Origin: Eledone cirrhosa
Taxonomy: Eukaryota
Assembly: GCA_964016885.1 (NCBI GenBank)
Contig: OZ024740.1
Coordinates: 12,834,001-12,898,000 of the forward strand
Length of the DNA: 64,000 nt
Direction of reading: 5' to 3'
The translations under genes were made by a program, and so were the position numbers. The notes beneath the pieces are model-generated. The model was not told the DNA's origin. It saw only the letters and a program-made list of their open reading frames with translations, and did no database searches. Shown one piece after another: positions 1-11,700 of the stretch; positions within the stretch are counted from its first letter, which is position 1; every line of letters starts with the position of its first letter.

Positions 1-3000
1 TAGTCTAATGTCTTGTCTCTAGTCTAATGTCTCTAGTCTAATGTCTTGTCTCTAGTCTAATGTCTTGTCTCTAGTCTAATGTCTTGTCTCTAATCTAATG
101 TCTCTAGTCTAATGTCTTGTCTCTAGTCTAATGTCTTGTCTCTAGTCTAATGTCTCTAGTCTAATGTCTTGTCTCTATTATAATGTCTCTAGTCTAATAT
201 GTTGTCTCTTGTCTAATGACTTGTCTCTAGCCTAATGTCTTGTCTCTAGTCTAATATCTTGTCTCTAGTCTAATGTCTTGTCTCTAGTCTAATGTCTTGA
301 ATCTAGTCTAATGTCTTGTCTCTAGTCTAATATCTCGTCTCTAGTCTAATGTCCCTAGTCTAATGTCTTGTATCTAGTCTAATGTCTCTAGTCTAATGTC
401 TTGTCTCTAGTATAATGTCTTGTCTCTAGTCTAATGTCTCTAGTCTAATGTCTCTAGTCTAATGTCTTGTCTCTAGTCTAATGTCTTTAGTCTAATGTCT
501 TGTCTCTAGTCTAATGTCTCTAGTCTAATGTCTTGTCTCTAGTCTAATGTCTTGTCTCTAGTCTAATGTCTCTAGTCTAATGTCTTGTCTCTAGTATAAT
601 GTCTCTAGTCTAATATGTTGTCTCTAGTCTAATGACTTGTCTCTAGCCTAATGTCTTGTCTCTAGTCTAATATCTTGTCTCTAGTCTAATGTCTTGTCTC
701 TAGTATAATGTCTTGTCTCTAGTATAATGTCTCTAGTCTAATATCTTGTCTCTAGTCTAATGTCTTGTCTCTAGTTTAATATCTCTAGTCTAATGTCTTG
801 TCTCTAGTCTAATGTCTCTAGTCTAATGTCTTGTCTATAGTCTAATGTTTGTCTCTAGTCTAATATCTCTAGTCTAATGTCTCTCGTCTAATGTCTTGTC
901 TCTAGTCTAATGTCTTGTCTCTAGGCTAATGTCTCTAGACTAATGTCTTGTCTCTAGTCTAACGTCTTGTTTCTAGTCTAATGTCTCTAGTCAAACGTCT
1001 TGTCTCTAGTCTAATGTCTCTAGTCTAATGTCTCTAGTCTAATGTCTTGTATCTAGTCTCATGTCTGTCTCTAGTCTAATGTCTCTAGGCTAATGTCTTG
1101 TCTCTAGTCTAATGTCTCTAGTCTAATGTCTTGTCTCTAGTCTAATATCTTGTCTCTAGTCTAATGTCTTGTCTCTAGTCTAATGTCTCTAGTCTAATGT
1201 CTTGTTTCTAGTCTAATGTCTCTAGTCTAATGTCTTGTCTCTACTCTAATATCTTGTCTCTAGTCTAATGTCTTGTCTCTAGTCTAATGTCTCTAGTCTA
1301 ATGTCTTGTCTCTAGTCTAACGTCTTGTCTCTAGTCTATATCTCTAGTGTAATGTCTTGACTCTAGTCTAATGTCTTGTCTCTAGTCTAACGTCTTGTCT
1401 CTCGTCTAATGTCTCTAGTCTAATATCTTGTCTCTAGTCTAATGTCTCTAATCTAATATCTTGTCACTAGTCTAATGTCTCTAGTCTAATATCTTGTCAC
1501 TAGTCTAATGTCTGATCTCTAGTCTAATGTCTTGTATCTAGTCTAATGTCTTGTCTCTAGTCTAATGTCTTGTCTCTAGTCTAACGTCTTGTCTCTAGTC
1601 TAATGTCTCTAGTCTAATATCTTGTCTCTAGTCTAATGTCTCTAGTCTAATATCTTGTCACTAGTCTAATGTCTCTAGTCTAATATCTTGTCTCTAGTCT
1701 AACGTCTTGTCTCTAGTCTAATGTCTCTTCTAATATCTTGTCTCTAGTCTAATGTCTCTAGTCTAATATCTTGTCACTAGTCTAATGTCTCTAGTCTAAT
1801 GTCTTGACTCTAGTCTAATGTCTTGTCTCTAGTATAATGTCTCTAGTCTAATGTCTTGTCTCTAGTCTAATATCTTGTCTCTAGTCTAATATCTTGTCTC
1901 TAGTCTAATGTCTCTAGTCTAATGTCTTGTTTCTAGTCTAATGTCTCTAGTCTAACGTCTTGTCTCTAGTCTAATGTCTCTTCTAATATCTTGTCTCTAG
2001 TCTAATGTCTCTAGTCTAATGTCTTGTCTCTAGTCTAATGTCTTGTCTCTAGTATAATGTCTCTAGTCTAATGTCTTGTCTCTAGTCTAATATCTTGTGT
2101 CTAGTCTAATATCTTGTCTCTAGTCTAATGTCTCTAGTCTAATGTCTTGTTTCTAGTCTAATGTCTCTAGTCTAATGTCTTGTTTCTAGTCTAATATCTT
2201 GTCTCTAGTCTAATGTCTCTAGTCTAATGTCTTGTCTCTAGTCTAATGTCTCTAGTCTAATGTCTTGTCTCTAGTCTAATATCTTGTCTCTAGTCTAATG
2301 TCTCTAGTCTAATGTCTTGTCTCTAGTCTAATATCTTGTCTCTAGTCTAATGTCTCTAGTCTAATGTCTTGTCTCTAGTCTAATGTCTCTAGTCTAATGT
2401 CTTGTCTCTAGTCTAATGTCTCTAGTCTAATGTCTTGTCTCTAGTCTAATGTCTTGTCTCTAGTCTAATATCTTGTCTCTAGTCTAATGTCTTGTCTCTA
2501 GTCTAATGTCTCTAGTCTAATGTCTTGTTTCTAGTCTAATGTCTCTAGTCTAATGTCTTGTCTCTACTCTAATATCTTGTCTCTAGTCTAATGTCTTGTC
2601 TCTAGTCTAATGTCTCTAGTCTAATGTCTTGTCTCTAGTCTAACGTCTTGTCTCTAGTCTATATCTCTAGTGTAATGTCTTGACTCTAGTCTAATGTCTT
2701 GTCTCTAGTCTAACGTCTTGTCTCTCGTCTAATGTCTCTAGTCTAATATCTTGTCTCTAGTCTAATGTCTCTAATCTAATATCTTGTCACTAGTCTAATG
2801 TCTCTAGTCTAATATCTTGTCACTAGTCTAATGTCTGATCTCTAGTCTAATGTCTTGTATCTAGTCTAATGTCTTGTCTCTAGTCTAATGTCTTGTCTCT
2901 AGTCTAATGTCTTGTCTCTAGTCTAATGTCTCTAGTCTAATGTCTTGTCTCTAGTCTAATGTCTTGTCTCTAGTCTAATGTCTTGTCTCTAGTCTAATGT

Positions 3001-5600
3001 CTCTAGTCTAATGTCTCTAGTCTAATATGTTGTCTCTAGTCTAAGACTTGTCTCTAGCCTAATGTCTTGTCTCTAATCTAATATCTTGTCTCTAGTCTAA
3101 TGTCTTGTCTCTAGTCTAATGTCTTGACTCTAGTCTAATGTCTTGTCTCTAGTGTAATGTCTCTAGACTATCTAGTCTAATGTCTCTAGGCTAATGTCCT
3201 GTCTCTAGTCTAATGTCACTAGTCTAATGTCTTGTGTCTAGTCTAATGTCTCTAGTCTAATGTCTTGACTCTAGTTAAATATCTTGTCTCTAGTCTAATG
3301 ACTCTAGTCTAATGTCTTGTCTCTAGTCTAATGTCTTGTCTCTAGTCTAATGTCTCTAGTCTAATGTCTTGTCTCTATTCTAATGTCTTGTCTCTAGTCT
3401 AATGTCTCTAGTCTAATGTCTTGTCTCTAGTCTAATGACTTGTCTCTAGTATAATGTCTTGTCTCTAGTCTAATGTCTCTAGTCTAATGACTTGTCTCTA
3501 CTCTAATGTCTTGTCCCTAGTCTAATGTCTGTAGTCTAATGTCTTGTCTCTAGTCTAATGTCTTGTCTCTAGTATAATGTCTTGTCTCTAGTATAATGTC
3601 TCTAGTCTAATATCTTGTCTCTAGTCTAATGTCTTGTCTCTAGTTTAATATCTCTAGTCTAATGTCTTGTCTCTAGTCTAATGTCTCTAGTCTAATGTCT
3701 TGTCTATAGTCTAATGTTTGTCTCTAGTCTAATATCTCTAGTCTAATGTCTCTCGTCTAATGTCTTGTCTCTAGTCTAATGTCTTGTCTCTAGTCTAATG
3801 TCTCTAGTCTAATATCTTGTCTCTAGTCTAACGTCTTGTTTCTAGTCTAATGTCTCTAGTCAAACGTCTTGTCTCTAGTCTAATGTCTCTAGTCTAATGT
3901 CTCTAGTCTAATGTCTTGTATCTAGTCTCATGTCTTGTCTCTATTCTAATGTCTCTAGTCTAATGTCTTGTCTCTAGTCTAATGTCTCTAGTCTAATGTC
4001 TCTAGGCTAATGTCTTGTCTCTAGTCTAATGTCTCTAGTCTAATGTCTTGTCTCTAGTCTAATATCTTGTCTCTAGTCTAATGTCTTGTCTCTAGTCTAA
4101 TGTCTCTAGTCTAATGTCTTCTCTCTAGTCTAATGTCTCTAGTCTAATGTCTCTAGGCTAATGTCTTGTCTCTAGTCTAATGTCTCTAGTCTAATGTCTC
4201 TAGGCTAATGTTTTGTCTCTAGTCTAATGTCTCTAGTCTAATGTCTTGTCTCTAGTCTAATGTCTCTACTCTAATGTCTCTAGTCTAATGTCTTGTCTCT
4301 AGTCTAATGTCTTGTCTCTAGTCTAATGTCTTGTCTCTAGTCTAATGTCTCTAGTCTAATGTCTTGTCTCTAGTCTAATGTCTTTAGTCTCATGTCTCTA
4401 GTCTAATGTCTTGTCTCTAGTCTAATGTCTTGTCCCTCGTCTAATGTCTCTAGTCTAATGTCTTGTCTCTAGTCTAATATCTTGTCTCTAGTCTAATGTC
4501 TTGACTCTAGTCTAATGTCTCTAGTCTAATGTCTTGTCTCTAGTCTAATGTCTCTAGTCTAATGTCTTGTCTCTAGTCTAATGTCTTGTCTCTAGTCTAA
4601 TGTCTTGTCTCTAATCTAATGTCTCTAGTCTAATGTCTTGTCTCTAGTCTAATGTCTTGTCTCTAGTCTAATGTCTCTAGTCTAATGTCTTGTCTCTATT
4701 ATAATGTCTCTAGTCTAATATGTTGTCTCTTGTCTAATGACTTGTCTCTAGCCTAATGTCTTGTCTCTAGTCTAATATCTTGTCTCTAGTCTAATGTCTT
4801 GTCTCTAGTCTAATGTCTTGAATCTAGTCTAATGTCTTGTCTCTAGTCTAATATCTCGTCTCTAGTCTAATGTCCCTAGTCTAATGTCTTGTATCTAGTC
4901 TAATGTCTCTAGTCTAATGTCTTGTCTCTAGTATAATGTCTTGTCTCTAGTCTAATGTCTCTAGTCTAATGTCTCTAGTCTAATGTCTTGTCTCTAGTCT
5001 AATGTCTTTAGTCTAATGTCTTGTCTCTAGTCTAATGTCTCTAGTCTAATGTCTTGTCTCTAGTCTAATGTCTTGTCTCTAGTCTAATGTCTCTAGTCTA
5101 ATGTCTTGTCTCTAGTATAATGTCTCTAGTCTAATATGTTGTCTCTAGTCTAATGACTTGTCTCTAGCCTAATGTCTTGTCTCTAGTCTAATATCTTGTC
5201 TCTAGTCTAATGTCTTGTCTCTAGTATAATGTCTTGTCTCTAGTATAATGTCTCTAGTCTAATATCTTGTCTCTAGTCTAATGTCTTGTCTCTAGTTTAA
5301 TATCTCTAGTCTAATGTCTTGTCTCTAGTCTAATGTCTCTAGTCTAATGTCTTGTCTATAGTCTAATGTTTGTCTCTAGTCTAATATCTCTAGTCTAATG
5401 TCTCTCGTCTAATGTCTTGTCTCTAGTCTAATGTCTTGTCTCTAGGCTAATGTCTCTAGACTAATGTCTTGTCTCTAGTCTAACGTCTTGTTTCTAGTCT
5501 AATGTCTCTAGTCAAACGTCTTGTCTCTAGTCTAATGTCTCTAGTCTAATGTCTCTAGTCTAATGTCTTGTATCTAGTCTCATGTCTGTCTCTAGTCTAA
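1..5600 (+). repeat. Block 1-~1075 repeated at ~4522-5600 (offset 4521 bp)
   Basis: Rare variants recur at a constant offset of 4521: ctATTAtaat 177/4698, ttGAATct 299/4820, gtctAtag 837/5358, CATGTCTGTC 1060/5581. Confidence 0.85.
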
Positions 5601-6539
5601 TGTCTCTAGTCTAATGTCTTGTCTCTAGTCTAATGTCTCTAGTCTAATGTCTCTAGGCTAATGTCTTGTCTCTAGTCTAATGTCTCTAGTCTAATGTCTT
5701 GTCTCTAGTCTAATATCTTGTCTCTAGTCTAATGTCTTGTCTCTAGTCTAATGTCTCTAGTCTAATGTCTTCTCTCTAGTCTAATGTCTCTAGTCTAATG
5801 TCTCTAGGCTAATGTCTTGTCTCTAGTCTAATGTCTCTAGTCTAATGTCTCTAGGCTAATGTTTTGTCTCTAGTCTAATGTCTCTAGTCTAATGTCTTGT
5901 CTCTAGTCTAATGTCTCTACTCTAATGTCTCTAGTCTAATGTCTTGTCTCTAGTCTAATGTCTTGTCTCTAGTCTAATGTCTTGTCTCTAGTCTAATGTC
6001 TCTAGTCTAATGTCTTGTCTCTAGTCTAATGTCTTGTCTCTAGTCTAATGTCTTTAGTCTAATGTCTCTAGTCTAATGTCTTGTCTCTAGTCTAATGTCT
6101 TGTCCCTCGTCTAATGTCTCTAGTCTAATGTCTTGTCTCTAGTCTAATATCCTGTCTCTAGTCTAATGTCTTGACTCTAGTCTAATGTCTCTAGTCTAAT
6201 ATCTTGTCTCTAGTCTAATGTCTTGTCTCTAGTCTAATGTCTTGTCTCTAGTCTAATGTCTTGTCTCTAGTCTAATGTCTTGTCTCTAGTCTAATGTCTC
6301 TAGTCTAATGTCTTGTCTCTAGTCTAATGTCTTGTCTCTAGTCTAATGTCTTGTCTCTAATCTAATGTCTCTAGTCTAATGTCTTGTCTCTAGACTAATG
6401 ACTTGTCTCTAGTCTAATGTCTCTAGTCTAATGTCTTGTCTCTAGTATAATGTCTCTAGTCTAATATGTTGTCTCTAGTCTAATGACTTGTCTCTAGCCT
6501 AATGTCTTGTCTCTAGTCTAATATCTTGTCTCTAGTCTA

Positions 6540-9500
6540 ATGTCTTGTCTCTAGTCTAATATCTTGACTCTAGTCTAATGTCTTGTCTCTAGTCTAATAT
6601 CTCATCTCTAGTCTAATGTCCCTAGTCTAATGTCTTGTCTCTAGTCTAATGTCTCTAGTCTAATGTCTTGTCTCTAGTATAATATCTTGTCTCTAGTCTA
6701 ATGTCTCTAGTCTAATGTCTCTAGTCTAATGTCTTGTCTCTAGTCTAATGTCTCTAGTCTAATGTCTTGTCTCTAGTCTAATGTCTGTAGTCTAATGTCT
6801 TGTCTCTAGTCTAATGTCTTGTCTCTAGTCTAATGTCTCTAGTCTAATGTCTTGTCTCTCATATAATGTCTCTAGTCTAATATGTTGTCTCTAGACTAAT
6901 GACTTGTCTCTAGCCTAATGTCTTGTCTCTAGTCTAATATCTTGTCTCTAGTCTAATGTCTTGTCTCTAGTCTAATGTCTTGACTCTAGTCTAATGTCTT
7001 GTCTCTAGTGTAATGTCTCTAGACTATCTAATCTAATGTCTCTAGGCTAATGTCCTGTCTCTAGTCTAATGTCACTAGTCTAATATCTTGTCTCTAGTCT
7101 AATGTCTCTAGTCTAATGTCTTGTCTCTAGTCTAATGTCTTGTCACTAGTCTAATGTCTTGTCTCTAGTATAATGTCTTGTCTCTAGTCTAATGTCTCTA
7201 GTCTAATGACTTGTCTCTACTCTAAAGTCTTGTCCCTAGTCTAATGTCTGTAGTCTAATGTCTTGTCTCTAGTCTAATGTCTTGTCTCTAGTCTAATGTC
7301 TCTAGTCTAATGTCTTGTCTCTACTCTAACGTCTTGTCTCTAGTCTAATGTCTCTAGTCTAATGTCTCTAGTGTAATGTCTTGTTTCTAGTCTAATGTCT
7401 CTAGTCTAATGTCTTGTCTCTAGTCTAACGTCTTGTCTCTAGTCTATATCTCTAGTGTAATGTCTTGACTCTAGTCTAATGTCTTGTCTCTAGTCTAACG
7501 TCTTGTCTCTAGTCTAATGTCGCTAGTCTAATATCTTGTCTCTAGTCTAATGTCTCTAGTCTAATGTCTTGTCTCTAGTATAATGTCTCTAGTCTAATAT
7601 GTTGTCTCTAGTCTAATGACTTGTCTCTAGCCTAATGTCTTGTCTCTAGTCTAATGTCTTGACTCTAGTCTAATGTCTTGTCTCTAGTGTAATGTCTCTA
7701 GACTATCTACTCTAATGTCTCTAGGCTAATGTCCTGTCTCTAGTCTAATCTCACTAGTCTAATGTCTTGTGTCTAGTCTAATGTCTCTAGTCTAATGTCT
7801 TGACTCTAGTTAAATATCTTGTCTCTAGTCTAATGTCTCTAGTCTAATGTCTTGTCTCTAGTCTAATGTCTTGTCTCTAGTCTAATGTCTCTAGTCTAAT
7901 GTCTTGTCTCTAGTCTAATATCTTATCTCTAGTCTAATGTCTCTAGTCTAATGTCTTGTCTCTAGTCTAATGTCTCTAGTCTAATGTCTTGTCTCTAGTC
8001 TAATATCTTGTCTCTAGTCTAATGTCTCTAGTCTAATGTCTTGTCTCTAGTCTAATATCTTGTCTCTAGTCTAATGTCTCTAGTCTAATGTCTTGTCTCT
8101 AGTCTAATGTCTCTAGTCTAATATGTTGTCTCTAGTCTAATGACTTGTCTCTAGCCTAATGTCTTGTCTCTAGTCTAATATCTTGTCTCTAGTCTAATGT
8201 CTCTAGTCTAATGTCTTGTCTCTAGTCTAATATCTTGTCTCTAGTCTAATGTCTTGTCTCTAGTCTAATGTCTTGTCTCTAGTCTAATGTCTCTAGTCTA
8301 ATGTCTTGTCTCTACTCTAACGTCTTGTCTCTAGTCTAATGTCTCTAGTCTAATGTCTCTAGTGTAATGTCTTGTCTCTAGTCTAATGTCTCTAGTCTAA
8401 TGTCTTGTCTCTAGTCTAATATCTTGTCTCTAGTCTAATGTCTCTAGTCTAATGTCTTGTCTCTAGTCTAACGTCTTGTCTCTAGTCTAATGTCTCTAGT
8501 CTAATATCTTGTCACTAGTCTAATGTCTGATCTCTAGTCTAATGTCTTGTATCTAGTCTAATGTCTCTAGTCTAATGTCTTGTCTCTAGTCTAATGTCTC
8601 TAGTCTAATGTCTCTAGGCTAATGTCTTGTCCCTAGTCTAATGTCTCTAGTCTAATGTCTTGTCTCTCGTCTAATATCTTGTCTCTAGTCTAATGTCTTG
8701 TCTCTAGTCTAAAGTCTCTAGTCTAATGTCTTGTCTCTAGTCTAATGTCTCTAGTCTAATGTCTCTAGGCTAATGTCTTGTCTCTAGTCTAATGTCTCTA
8801 TTCTAATGTCTCTAGGCTAATGTTTTGTCTCTAGTCTAATGTCTCTAGTCTAATGTCTTGTCTCTAGTCTAATGTCTCTAGTCTAATGTCTCTAGTCTAA
8901 TGTCTCTAGGCTAATGTCTTGTCTCTAGTCTAATGTCTCTAGTCTAATGTCTCTAGTCTAATGTCTTGACTCTAGTCTAATGTCTTGTCTCTAGTCTAAT
9001 GTCTTGTCTCTAGTCTAATGTCTCTTGTCTAATGTCTCTAGTCTAATGTCTTGTCTCTAGTCTAATGTCTTGTCCCTCGTCTAATGTCTCTAGTCTAATG
9101 TCTTGTCTCTAGTCTAATATCTTGACTCTAGTCTAATGTCTTGTCTCTAGTCTAATATCTCATCTCTAGTCTAATGTCCCTAGTCTAATGTCTTGTCTCT
9201 AGTCTAATGTCTCTAGTCTAATGTCTTGTCTCTAGTATAATATCTTGTCTCTAGTCTAATGTCTCTAGTCTAATGTCTCTAGTCTAATGTCTTGTCTCTA
9301 GTCTAATGTCTCTAGTCTAATGTCTTGTCTCTAGTCTAATGTCTGTAGTCTAATGTCTTGTCTCTAGTCTAATGTCTTGTCTCTAGTCTAATGTCTCTAG
9401 TCTAATGTCTTGTCTCTCATATAATGTCTCTAGTCTAATATGTTGTCTCTAGACTAATGACTTGTCTCTAGCCTAATGTCTTGTCTCTAGTCTAATATCT

Positions 9501-11700
9501 TGTCTCTAGTCTAATGTCTTGTCTCTAGTCTAATGTCTTGACTCTAGTCTAATGTCTTGTCTCTAGTGTAATGTCTCTAGACTATCTAATCTAATGTCTC
9601 TAGGCTAATGTCCTGTCTCTAGTCTAATGTCACTAGTCTAATATCTTGTCTCTAGTCTAATGTCTCTAGTCTAATGTCTTGTCTCTAGTCTAATGTCTTG
9701 TCACTAGTCTAATGTCTTGTCTCTAGTATAATGTCTTGTCTCTAGTCTAATGTCTCTAGTCTAATGACTTGTCTCTACTCTAAAGTCTTGTCCCTAGTCT
9801 AATGTCTGTAGTCTAATGTCTTGTCTCTAGTCTAATGTCTTGTCTCTAGTCTAATGTCTCTAGTCTAATGTCTTGTCTCTACTCTAACGTCTTGTCTCTA
9901 GTCTAATGTCTCTAGTCTAATGTCTCTAGTGTAATGTCTTGTTTCTAGTCTAATGTCTCTAGTCTAATGTCTTGTCTCTAGTCTAACGTCTTGTCTCTAG
10001 TCTATATCTCTAGTGTAATGTCTTGACTCTAGTCTAATGTCTTGTCTCTAGTCTAACGTCTTGTCTCTAGTCTAATGTCGCTAGTCTAATATCTTGTCTC
10101 TAGTCTAATGTCTCTAGTCTAATGTCTTGTCTCTAGTATAATGTCTCTAGTCTAATATGTTGTCTCTAGTCTAATGACTTGTCTCTAGCCTAATGTCTTG
10201 TCTCTAGTCTAATGTCTTGACTCTAGTCTAATGTCTTGTCTCTAGTGTAATGTCTCTAGACTATCTACTCTAATGTCTCTAGGCTAATGTCCTGTCTCTA
10301 GTCTAATCTCACTAGTCTAATGTCTTGTGTCTAGTCTAATGTCTCTAGTCTAATGTCTTGACTCTAGTTAAATATCTTGTCTCTAGTCTAATGTCTCTAG
10401 TCTAATGTCTTGTCTCTAGTCTAATGTCTTGTCTCTAGTCTAATGTCTCTAGTCTAATGTCTTGTCTCTAGTCTAATATCTTATCTCTAGTCTAATGTCT
10501 CTAGTCTAATGTCTTGTCTCTAGTCTAATGTCTCTAGTCTAATGTCTTGTCTCTAGTCTAATATCTTGTCTCTAGTCTAATGTCTCTAGTCTAATGTCTT
10601 GTCTCTAGTCTAATATCTTGTCTCTAGTCTAATGTCTCTAGTCTAATGTCTTGTCTCTAGTCTAATGTCTCTAGTCTAATATGTTGTCTCTAGTCTAATG
10701 ACTTGTCTCTAGCCTAATGTCTTGTCTCTAGTCTAATATCTTGTCTCTAGTCTAATGTCTCTAGTCTAATGTCTTGTCTCTAGTCTAATATCTTGTCTCT
10801 AGTCTAATGTCTTGTCTCTAGTCTAATGTCTTGTCTCTAGTCTAATGTCTCTAGTCTAATGTCTTGTCTCTACTCTAACGTCTTGTCTCTAGTCTAATGT
10901 CTCTAGTCTAATGTCTCTAGTGTAATGTCTTGTCTCTAGTCTAATGTCTCTAGTCTAATGTCTTGTCTCTAGTCTAATATCTTGTCTCTAGTCTAATGTC
11001 TCTAGTCTAATGTCTTGTCTCTAGTCTAACGTCTTGTCTCTAGTCTAATGTCTCTAGTCTAATATCTTGTCACTAGTCTAATGTCTGATCTCTAGTCTAA
11101 TGTCTTGTATCTAGTCTAATGTCTTGTCTCTAGTCTAATGTCTCTAGTCTAATGTCTTGTCTCTAGTCTAATGTCTCTAGTCTAATGTCTCTAGGCTAAT
11201 GTCTTGTCCCTAGTCTAATGTCTCTAGTCTAATGTCTTGTCTCTCGTCTAATATCTTGTCTCTAGTCTAATGTCTTGTCTCTAGTCTAAAGTCTCTAGTC
11301 TAATGTCTTGTCTCTAGTCTAATGTCTCTAGTCTAATGTCTCTAGGCTAATGTCTTGTCTCTAGTCTAATGTCTCTATTCTAATGTCTCTAGGCTAATGT
11401 TTTGTCTCTAGTCTAATGTCTCTAGTCTAATGTCTTGTCTCTAGTCTAATGTCTCTAGTCTAATGTCTCTAGTCTAATGTCTCTAGGCTAATGTCTTGTC
11501 TCTAGTCTAATGTCTCTAGTCTAATGTCTCTAGTCTAATGTCTTGACTCTAGTCTAATGTCTTGTCTCTAGTCTAATGTCTTGTCTCTAGTCTAATGTCT
11601 CTTGTCTAATGTCTCTAGTCTAATGTCTTGTCTCTAGTCTAATGTCTTGTCCCTCGTCTAATGTCTCTAGTCTAATGTCTTGTCTCTAGTCTAATATCTT
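6540..11700 (+). repeat. ~2558-bp tandem duplication, with a more diverged third copy at ~12.4-15 kb
   Basis: Markers ctCATctc 6603/9161, ctctCATAtaat 6860/9418, gtCGCtag 7521/10079 and tctGAtct 8529/11087 are all 2558 apart. CCCTCG 9074/11651 is 2577 apart (one extra L monomer). Third-copy markers lie at 13099 and 14145. Confidence 0.88.

Noticed and set aside
411-417. TATAAT hexamers resembling bacterial -10 boxes (many copies)
   Set aside because: They are a single C>A variant of TCTAAT spread by duplication, with nothing downstream to transcribe.
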